Positions 1 through 8,400 of a DNA stretch of 64,000 bases are shown piece after piece. Source of the DNA: an uncultured Bacteroidota bacterium (GTDB taxonomy: Bacteria; Bacteroidota; Bacteroidia; AKYH767-A; OLB10). Each line of letters begins with the position of its first letter. Position 1 is the stretch's first letter. The translations under genes and the position numbers were made by a program. Under the pieces are notes generated by a model. The model was not told the origin of the DNA and did not search any database. It worked only from the letters and a program-made list of their open reading frames with translations. The stretch is from contig CAIRUC010000132.1 of NCBI GenBank assembly GCA_903881665.1, forward strand, positions 24,168 to 88,167, given 5' to 3'.

Positions 1-141
1 TTCTAAGAGACTGACCATTAGTTCTTTTCATTGATAATAATAGTGTCGGGTTATAACAATCGATTGCAAAAGAAAGTTTTTAGTGTTATCTTTTTTATTG
101 AAAAGTTTCTGATTCTCGGTACGTAACTACATCTTTGTAGT

Positions 142-1035
142 ATGAATCTTCCTTATTTACCTCCGGCTCGCATTGAGTTATTATACTTGCCTGGATGGGA
201 GAATTCTGGAGTAATTGTGGAGGTGTTGCGTCTCGATGCTTGGGATGTTTTTAGAGGTGGAAATAAGTATTTCAAATTATTGTACAATGTAGAGCAATTC
301 CTTGCAAACGAGTATGATTCAATGGTGACTTTTGGTGGGGCTTATTCAAATCATTTAGCCGCATTTGCTTCATTGAAATCGGAGATAGCGAACAAACGTT
401 TAGTGGCTGTTGTTAGAGGTGATGAACAGCGCGAGGAGAGTTCTACCATAATACGATTGCGTAATTCAGGTGTTGAAGTGTTAACCTTAGATCGCACAAT
501 GTATAGGCAATTGCGAGACGGATTGTTGCCCGATTTTTTTAATCAATTCGGTCGTGCCTACGTCGTTCCAGAAGGAGGAAGTAATAGGGAAGGGGTGAAG
601 GGTTGTAGTCTCATAGCTGAATATTGCAATGAGGATTATAATGAAATTATGCTTCCTATTGCCACGGGTTCAACTATGGCAGGAATTGTATTGGGCATAA
701 AGTCGAATCCAATAGTCACTGGTGTGGCTGTATTGAAGGGTGAAGCATACCTAGAAGATCAGCTTAGAAAAATGATTTTTTCGCAAGATGAGAAAAAACG
801 ACTGCCAGAGTACCGTATTCTCCACGATTTTCATTTTGGGGGATATGCCAAAACCACCAATGAATTAGATGCTTTTGTTTCGATGATGCGCATAAAATCG
901 TCGGTACCCGTAGAGCCCATTTATACCGGTAAGATGTTTTACGCCTTACACCAACGAATCATCAACGGCGAAATTCCACCCGGTAGCCGTGTCTTGATGA
1001 TCCACACCGGTGGAATGCAATATTTGCAGTCTTAA
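142..1035 (+). CDS. PLP-dependent 1-aminocyclopropane-1-carboxylate deaminase / D-cysteine desulfhydrase family protein
   Basis: 297-aa ORF with an RGGNKYFKL PLP-lysine motif and a GGAYSNHLAAFA segment typical of the ACC deaminase/DcyD fold. The length is typical for the family. Confidence 0.65.
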   Translation: MNLPYLPPARIELLYLPGWENSGVIVEVLRLDAWDVFRGGNKYFKLLYNVEQFLANEYDSMVTFGGAYSNHLAAFASLKSEIANKRLVAVVRGDEQREESSTIIRLRNSGVEVLTLDRTMYRQLRDGLLPDFFNQFGRAYVVPEGGSNREGVKGCSLIAEYCNEDYNEIMLPIATGSTMAGIVLGIKSNPIVTGVAVLKGEAYLEDQLRKMIFSQDEKKRLPEYRILHDFHFGGYAKTTNELDAFVSMMRIKSSVPVEPIYTGKMFYALHQRIINGEIPPGSRVLMIHTGGMQYLQS

Positions 1036-1207
1036 TATCTCTAATATCCCTTTATCATCTTGAAAAAATTAGATACTCGGAAGAATTTTACATCGAGTGC
1101 AGATGTAAAAGCGTTTTAATAATTATAAAATTTCTAAATTCTCCATTCTTATTACATTAAATTCTGAATTACATTCATTCGTAGTATTGACAAATTTTTG
1201 AAGCGGT

Positions 1208-1493
1208 ATATCTGTATATCTATTCGAAGCGAATCGTCCGCCTTAAATTTTTGCGGAAAGAACGATGAGAACGACAACGATAGTAATAAACACTGCCCGA
1301 GACATGAATAGTCGACGCAGGAGGCGATTCAGGGCGAGTTTGTTTATTTCCTTTGGAGTTGATCGTTCCCGCTAAAAAATTTACAGCGGCGGTCTTTTTG
1401 CATACTTTTTCGACTGCAGAAAAAGTATGAGCCCTCGCGCGGCTGGAGCGCGTTGGAAGAGGACTTCGGTTACTCCATTATTTCTATCATTGA
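1208..1493. repeat. Copy 1 of a conserved non-coding element (candidate sRNA gene or MITE-like repeat) of about 270 nt; second copy at 29281-29531
   Basis: Direct comparison of the two intergenic stretches shows long identical blocks (cgaagcgNatcgtc..ccttaaatttttgcggaaagaacgatgag ... ttcagggcgagtttgtttatt ... ctggagttga..tcgttcccg.taaaaa.tttacagcg ... cgcgcggctg ... tttctatcattga). Between them lie short divergent segments. There is no long ORF. Copy 1 contains a perfect 11-bp hairpin at 1401-1429. Confidence 0.6.
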
Positions 1494-1665
1494 AGGAGCC
1501 AATTGATGTTAAATGTGACAAAATAGTAGCACAACGACGAGAAAGAGCTTATTTGCCCGTTCAACTGTATAATAAATAGTCATCTTTCATAGTTAACACG
1601 TTAATGTTGATTTCCTAGTGGGAATGGTTGAGAAGTGCTTGTTGACTAGCCCTAATTTTACAGCT

Positions 1666-2649
1666 ATGAAAAATATGAGATTTCTTTTGTTGGCTGTACT
1701 ATGCATTTTTACTTCGGCAAGGGCACAATCAGATACTCGCATGACTCCCGAAGAATACATTGCGAAGTTTAAAGATGCTGCTTTACAGGATATGAAGAAA
1801 ACGGGTGTTCCGGCTTCTATCACGATGGCGCAAGGGATGTATGAATCCGATTATGGAAATAGTCCCTTAGCAAAAGAAGCGAATAACCATTTCGGTGTGA
1901 AATGTCATAATGAATGGAGCGGTCCAACATATTATCAAAATGATGATGCCCCTAACGAATGTTTTAGAAAATATAAAACCGTAGTTGAATCGTATGATGA
2001 TCATAGTAATTTTTTGCGTAGCCGTGATCGCTATAAATCGTTATTTGAATTAGAGATTACCGATTATAAAGGGTGGGCACGCGGATTGAAAAAAGCGGGG
2101 TATGCCACAAATCCTGAGTATGCTAATAAATTAATTGATCTTATTGAACGATATAATTTGTTTCAACTCGATAAGGGCGGAAACCCTATACCTTTAGTGA
2201 AAGAAACCACTGTAGAAAAGCCTCGACCACATCGTACTCCCATTAAACAAGATAAAGTTTCTCCAGCTCATTCTGCTGTATTTAATAACGTTGACGCAAA
2301 TGCAACCATTAACAAGGTGCCTTTTGTGAAAGTGGAGAAAGGCGATTCTTATTTAAAAATTTCTCGTCAGTATAATCTCGAATTATGGCAAATCCTTAAC
2401 TTCAACGAAGCCGATAAAAATGATTTGTTACATGAAGGTGATATCGTTTTCTTGAAAGCGAAAAAAGCAAGAGGAGAAGTCGCAACGTATACCGTACGTG
2501 AGGGTGATATCATGCGTTCTATTGCCCAATTGTTCGGTGTGAAGCAAAAGAAATTGTATCAGATGAATAAAATGGAGCCGGGTACTATACTTAAAACCGG
2601 ACAAACACTTCAGCTGCGCAAAACCGTTATCTTCGGAATTGTACTTTAA
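1666..2649 (+). CDS. Secreted peptidoglycan hydrolase: N-acetylglucosaminidase (FlgJ/glucosaminidase family) domain plus two C-terminal LysM domains
   Basis: Signal peptide MKNMRFLLLAVLCIFTSARAQ. The glucosaminidase motif MAQGMYESDYGNSPLAKEANNHFGVKCH is present. Two LysM-like segments follow (VKVEKGDSYLKISRQYN; YTVREGDIMRSIAQLFGV). The ORF-track start at 1618 is probably too far upstream. Confidence 0.75.
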   Translation: MKNMRFLLLAVLCIFTSARAQSDTRMTPEEYIAKFKDAALQDMKKTGVPASITMAQGMYESDYGNSPLAKEANNHFGVKCHNEWSGPTYYQNDDAPNECFRKYKTVVESYDDHSNFLRSRDRYKSLFELEITDYKGWARGLKKAGYATNPEYANKLIDLIERYNLFQLDKGGNPIPLVKETTVEKPRPHRTPIKQDKVSPAHSAVFNNVDANATINKVPFVKVEKGDSYLKISRQYNLELWQILNFNEADKNDLLHEGDIVFLKAKKARGEVATYTVREGDIMRSIAQLFGVKQKKLYQMNKMEPGTILKTGQTLQLRKTVIFGIVL

Positions 2650-3068
2650 TTGGTAGAGAGAAAAGCATTCATCAAATCACGAGCGTATTCTTTTATTTCA
2701 TCACGTACTTTTCTGAATTCTATTTTGATTTCTTCTTCTGTTCCTGTCGCCTTCGCAGGATCAGAAAATGAATAATGTATTCGCTCCGCCTTCGAAGGAA
2801 AATACGGGCAACGCTCTTTTGCGTTATCGCATACCGTTAGAATTAAATCGAAAGGAATATGCAGATAGTCGTCTACCAAATTCGATGTATGCTGTGAGAT
2901 GTCGATGCCGTCTTCGCGCATGGTTTCAATAGCACGCGGATTCACTCCGTGTTTCTCTACTCCAGCACTGTAGATTTTTACTACATCAGCACCGAAAAAC
3001 TGTAAATACCCTTCGGCAATTTGACTGCGACAACTATTGCCTGTGCATAGAACAAGTATGTTTTTCAT
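2646..3068 (-). CDS. arsC: Arsenate reductase, LMW-PTP family (thioredoxin-coupled ArsC)
   Basis: 140 aa. N-terminal CX5R P-loop LVLCTGNSCRSQIAEGY is typical of low-molecular-weight phosphatase-type ArsC. It lies in an operon with arsR. Confidence 0.8.
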   Translation of the reverse strand: MKNILVLCTGNSCRSQIAEGYLQFFGADVVKIYSAGVEKHGVNPRAIETMREDGIDISQHTSNLVDDYLHIPFDLILTVCDNAKERCPYFPSKAERIHYSFSDPAKATGTEEEIKIEFRKVRDEIKEYARDLMNAFLSTN

Positions 3069-3086
3069 TTGATAATCGGAATTGAA

Positions 3087-3581
3087 TTAGCAACATCCGC
3101 CGCCAGGCACACAACTAGATGCTTTGGCAGATTGAAGTTCGACTAATGGAACTTTTAATTTCTCTACAGGAATTCCGCAATTATCTTTCGCTAAACAATC
3201 GGTTTGTTTGTTTAATAAAAAAAATTCTTTTTTCTCGAACATAACATCAAATCGTCCTATAGTAGTTCCTTGATATTCTATTTCAATATCAAGGTCTTGA
3301 TGGTTCCAAAGTGCCGATGATTGGTTGATGATTCCGGCAAGTTTCGAAGCCGATAAACGATGGTCTATATCGTTCGCTACCCACAATTGAAATGAAATAC
3401 TTTTCTCTGTACGAATAACTCCTCCACAATCAACAAAATGTTTTGTGGTTAGTCCTGCTTCAGTGACATGAAAATGTGCAGGCACTTGTTCTCCGGTACT
3501 TGTATTGAATGTTAGCGAATCGGTCGTTAATAATGCGCTTAAAAATGAGGATAGTTTCATGGTAATATGTTTTAACAACAA
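3087..3581 (-). CDS. ars-operon-associated protein of unknown function with a Cys-rich C-terminus (CVPGGGCC)
   Basis: 164-aa ORF sandwiched between arsR and arsC, overlapping arsR by 10 nt. The C-terminal tail ends in CC. Confidence 0.5.
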   Translation of the reverse strand: MLLKHITMKLSSFLSALLTTDSLTFNTSTGEQVPAHFHVTEAGLTTKHFVDCGGVIRTEKSISFQLWVANDIDHRLSASKLAGIINQSSALWNHQDLDIEIEYQGTTIGRFDVMFEKKEFFLLNKQTDCLAKDNCGIPVEKLKVPLVELQSAKASSCVPGGGCC

Positions 3582-3901
3582 GATTTTTTCTTTACTATTT
3601 TAACATTGAAAGCATCGAAGTATTGCTTTATTTTTTGAATTGCTTTATCGTCGATGCAATAACAAATGGCATTACCATCAATGGTTCCTTTTATTAGTCC
3701 GGCGTTTTTTAATTCCTTTAAATGTTGCGAAACGGTAGGCTGTGCTAGAGGAAGCTCATTCACAATATCGCCGCAAATACATTCATTTGATTTCAGTAAA
3801 TATTCCATAATAGCTATTCGTGCAGGATGTCCGAGCGCTTTTAATAACGCTGCGGTGGCGTTTTGCTTATCAGTGAAACTTTCTGTTTTCGATGCACCCA
3901 T
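3572..3901 (-). CDS. arsR: ArsR/SmtB family metalloregulatory transcriptional repressor
   Basis: 109 aa with an HTH (PARIAIMEYLL...PTVSQHLKELKNAGLI) and a metal-binding ECICGDIV motif. Confidence 0.75.
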   Translation of the reverse strand: MGASKTESFTDKQNATAALLKALGHPARIAIMEYLLKSNECICGDIVNELPLAQPTVSQHLKELKNAGLIKGTIDGNAICYCIDDKAIQKIKQYFDAFNVKIVKKKSCC

Positions 3902-4094
3902 TGATTTATTTTAATATTGCAATATTACGATAAAGTGTAACATTTTTGCAAAGAATTTGATATGAAGTTTGTTAGCGCAGCTTCAATTAGCTGTATTTTA
4001 GTCTGTTATTTTTGATAGGTTGCCATAAAGACATAAAAAAACGGTACCGCTGTTAGTTTCCCTTCAACGATACCGTTTCTTAAATTATTTTTTC

Positions 4095-5345
4095 TTAAAA
4101 CTTCATCACTTTTTTGCTAATCACATTGTTACTTTTAATGATTTCAAGAATATATGATCCGTTAGCTATTTCAGAAGCTGAAATAGTTGCTTTATTAACA
4201 CCTTCATTTGCAGCGAATGTTTGTGTCGATATCATTCGTCCACTTATGTCGAACAGTACCATTTTTACGTCTTCTGCTTTGTCGTTAATGAAACTTGCAT
4301 TTAACTCTTGGTTAAATGGATTTGGCCACACGTTTACAAATGAATTATTGTTTTCTTCATCTCCCATACGAAGTGTGGTATTCGTAAGCCAAATTGTAGC
4401 ATTCATAATAATTCTTGAATGATCACCACTTGCATCTACTGTCCATCCATTGTATAATACATCTCCAGTATCTCCTGTTCCGTCATCAGCCGGTGAGCTG
4501 TCGCCAAGTCCAACTACTTTTCCAGTTCCGTATTTAGATGTTGCAAACATGACTCCTGTACTTCCTGTTGTTGTTGATCCTGTTTTGAAAACTAATCCGA
4601 GTGCATTCGGGTTTTTAGTTTTATTCAATGTCATTGATGTGCCGTTAGCGAATTGCATTTTTGTTGGATTTCCTGCACTTCCATGTAATACAGTATTGCT
4701 TGCTAAACTCGCAAAATTTGTTGTCGTTTGCGAAAAGTTCGCTAAGTCGAATGTAATGCCGAAAGGATTCACTGCAATTGTGTTGGTGTTTAATAAATCA
4801 TTCCAGATAGCAGGTGAATCCCATCCGTCATTATTTCTATCACTTACTGTATGGTCGGCTATCATAAATAATCCACCCCCATTTTGCACGAATTGAATAA
4901 TCGCTGTTTTTTCAGCTGCCGTATATTGTATGTTTGGCTCACAAACTACATAGATTTTATATTTCGATAAATCTTGCGCATTTGTTGTGTTTCCGTAAGT
5001 AATCGTTCCGTTGTAGGGTAAAGTTTCTACGGTGTATCCTAACTTAGCACAGGCTACTCCCCATGCCGATAATCCGCCCTTCCAAAAAGTTTCTGCCGTA
5101 GTTGAGGTGATGCCCGTTTGTGCGGGAGTAGGGTAACGCTGAGGATTAGCTTCGGACCCCATTCCTGTTTGCATTATTCCGCCTGTTCCTGTGCCAATAT
5201 TAAATAAATCGGCATCTACTACCCAGTCGGCATTAGCTGCCATCTGAGCTTTCTTTGCATCAAATAGTACTTTTATTCCTTGGGCCTTTCCAATCTGAAA
5301 CGTAATTAAAATTACGAAGAAGAGTAATGATTTTTTCATGTTCAT
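4095..5345 (-). CDS. Secreted protein with a T9SS type-A C-terminal sorting domain (Por_Secre_tail); N-terminal domain of unknown function
   Basis: Signal peptide MNMKKSLLFFVILITFQIGKAQG. The C-terminal ~80 aa (VWPNPFNQELN...GSYILEIIKSNNV...) match the type-A T9SS CTD pattern. Confidence 0.65.
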   Translation of the reverse strand: MNMKKSLLFFVILITFQIGKAQGIKVLFDAKKAQMAANADWVVDADLFNIGTGTGGIMQTGMGSEANPQRYPTPAQTGITSTTAETFWKGGLSAWGVACAKLGYTVETLPYNGTITYGNTTNAQDLSKYKIYVVCEPNIQYTAAEKTAIIQFVQNGGGLFMIADHTVSDRNNDGWDSPAIWNDLLNTNTIAVNPFGITFDLANFSQTTTNFASLASNTVLHGSAGNPTKMQFANGTSMTLNKTKNPNALGLVFKTGSTTTGSTGVMFATSKYGTGKVVGLGDSSPADDGTGDTGDVLYNGWTVDASGDHSRIIMNATIWLTNTTLRMGDEENNNSFVNVWPNPFNQELNASFINDKAEDVKMVLFDISGRMISTQTFAANEGVNKATISASEIANGSYILEIIKSNNVISKKVMKF

Positions 5346-5432
5346 TTATTTCGAACACTAAAGAAAGTGAAAAATAAATACACGTACAACTTTTTTTGCT
5401 TGAACGGGTATTTATCACGTTTTATTCAGGTA

Positions 5433-8400
5433 TTATCTTATTAAACTAAAGGTTCCTCTGAATTCGTAGTCTTTCCCTTTTTCAGAGGTGATCTGAATAT
5501 AGTAGGTATATACTCCAATTGGAGCTTGCTTGCCAGTGCTAAAATTGCCGTCCCATGGGCGCAAGTAGGAGTCACTGCTATATACCGTGCCTTTCCAACG
5601 ATCTATAACTTGCATATTGAATGATTTTACATTCAATACCGGTGTGCCGTCAAACCATACGTCATTTTTACCATCGTTATTGGGTGTAAATCCACTTGGG
5701 ATATAAAGCGGTACGATTTCAATATTCATTTCGTATTCGTCGATACACCCAGCTACATTATAGGCGAGTAGTTTTACGGTTGTTGTTCCAACCCTGTCGA
5801 ATTGATGGAGAGGGTCCGTTTCTTCTGATGTTTGTCCGTCACCGAAATTCCATTTGTAGTGCGTTGCATTCGTCGACTGATTGGTGAATCGTATGGTTGA
5901 ATTGAATACACTGCTAACGTCAGATGATTGTATGAATTTCGATTCCGGCAATGTTGGACGCATTAGGTTGATCGTTAACGTGTCGTTCGATTTGCAGTCC
6001 CACGGACTTACAATCGATAAACTGGTTGCATATTGCCCGCTGTCGATATAAGAGTGATTAGGATTCATTTCTCCGCCAATCGTTCCGTCGCCAAATGCCC
6101 ATGAAAATGTTGAGCCAATATCAAATAGTGATGTGTTGACGAATTGCACTAAAATAGCTTCGCAGTTTGCCGTTTGCAAATAACTGTATTGTACGGAAGG
6201 TATAGGATGCACGGTTAAATTAAAGGTGTCTCTACTGATACATCCGAAGGAGGTAGTAATGGTTAATGTGTATACTCCACTCGCACTTTGCGTTATTGTA
6301 TTACTTGTGTTTCCTGTCGACCATTGATATGCTCCTTGTCCTGAAAGTGCCGATAATGTACTCGATTCTCCTGCACACAAATGGTGGTTACCCGTTATTT
6401 GCGCATCAGCAAGCGGATGTGTAATAAGCGTTTTAAGGGTACTGTTCGAGCATCCGTAAATATCAGTTACTGTTAGGGTGTAGGTGCCACCGTTCGATGC
6501 GCTGATTTGTTGCACACTTTCTCCTGTCGACCATTGGTATAGCGAATATCCAGTTCCTCCGTCGAATATTATTGGACTGTTTTCACATGTTTCTGTTGGG
6601 CCACTAATTGTTGGCGTAGGTAAGGCATGTACAATTACTAATGTTGAGTCCGAATTTTGACATCCGTTATTGTCGGTTGCTGTTACAATATAATTCCCTG
6701 CTACGCCTGTTGTTAACTGACTCAATGAACTTCCATTATTCCATGAATAGATAACGAAATTTCCAGGGTTAAGTGTTACTGATTCGCCATAACATATGGA
6801 TGCAGTATTGTTAAGTCCTAAGATGGGTAGTTGATTTTCGATTACGGTAGTCGAGATGTCGTTCTTGCATCCCTCGATGTCTGTAACTGTTAGGGTATAT
6901 ACACCACCGTTAGATACAACTGTTGTATTCGTTATCGCTCCCGTTGACCATAGATATTGGTAATTTCCTGTCGGTCCTTGCAATCCTGTTACTTCTCCTT
7001 TGCATATTGTTGTATCGCCAGTAATAATAGATACAGGTAGTGGAAGAGATACAAATTGTATTGAATTGCTTCCTGTGCATCCGTTATTATCGATTACTGT
7101 TAAAGTGTAGAATGTTGTTGAAGATGGTGCGATGGAAGATGTTAATGAGCCATCAGACCATAAATATGAATTCATTCCTGCTCCTGCATCTAATAATCCG
7201 CTGAATCCGCTACAAACTGTATCTATTCCTGTGATGGTAACTATAGGATTAAGATGTTCGGTTACAGTGTAGGATGAATTATTGCTACATCCATTGTTAT
7301 CGGTAACGGTTACTGAATAATTTCCTGTTTGTGTTACAGTAAATTGTGCATTTGTAGTCCCATCACTCCATACATAGCTTGTTGCAGGTTGTACGGTTTG
7401 TATCTGAACAGAATTCCCGTCGCAGAAGTCGGTTGGCCCCGTTATGCTCACAACCGGTAGTGCATTTTCAATAACATTCACATTGGTTGTTCCGTCGCAT
7501 CCGTTTCCATCGGTTACGGTAAGATCATAGGTGCCTCCCGATGTAACGTTGATGATCGATGATGAACTTCCGTTACTCCAACTGTAGGTGGCGTATCCAG
7601 GATCGCCAGTAAGTGTTGTTGATTTTCCTGTACAGAATTTTAAAGTACCCGTTATTAAGGGAGTAGGATTTGCAAAGATGGTTACATTAATAAAGTTTGA
7701 TCCTGTACATCCGTTAGCATCTGTTACAACTACTATATAGGTTCCTGTAGCTGTCGCATTAATTACTTGAGTTACTGCTCCTGTCGACCATGAATAACTG
7801 TTGTAAATGCCCGCATCAATAAAAGCAGGTTGTGTTTGACATGCTGTTGTGGTTCCTGTAATTACCGGAGTTGGTAATGCATTCAAGTTAAGTGTATGCG
7901 TCGTTTGAGCAGAACATCCGCTGGCATCTGTTACTGTTACTGTGTATGTTCCCATTGCCGCAGCCGATGTTGTTGCTGATGTACTTCCTGTGCTCCATGC
8001 ATAGTTTGCTCCTGCAGGTGATGCGGTAAGCGTTGTTGCGCTTCCGCTGCATATTGTTGTTAGTCCATTAATAGTTGGCACAGGAAGATTGTTCATCACT
8101 ACATTTACTGATGAGGATCCTGTACATCCATTGCCGTTGGTAACAGTTACGGTATAAGTACCTGCAGAGCTAACGTTGAGGCTAGCCGAAAGTGAGCCGT
8201 TGTTCCATTGGTAGGACGAATATCCTGCTCCTGCATTGATGGAGGTATTGTTCCCTGTACAGAATTGCAATGTTCCGCTAATGGAGGGAGTTGGAAGTGT
8301 ATTTATAGTTACGGCTATTACATCGCTTCCCGTACATCCGCTTGCGTCGGTTACCGTTACAGTGTAGTTACCAGTTGCACTTGCATTGATGGTTTGCGTT

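Noticed and set aside
1208-1493. Possibility that the duplicated element is tmRNA, RNase P RNA, 6S or SRP RNA
   Set aside because: There is no tRNA-like T-arm (GGTTCGA) or acceptor pairing. There is no RNase P P4/CR-I/CR-II consensus and no tag-peptide reading frame ending in ...ALAA. Those RNAs are also single-copy, whereas this element occurs twice.
1593-1823. 76-aa minus-strand ORF
   Set aside because: It is antisense to the 5' end of the LysM glucosaminidase gene and has no features of its own.
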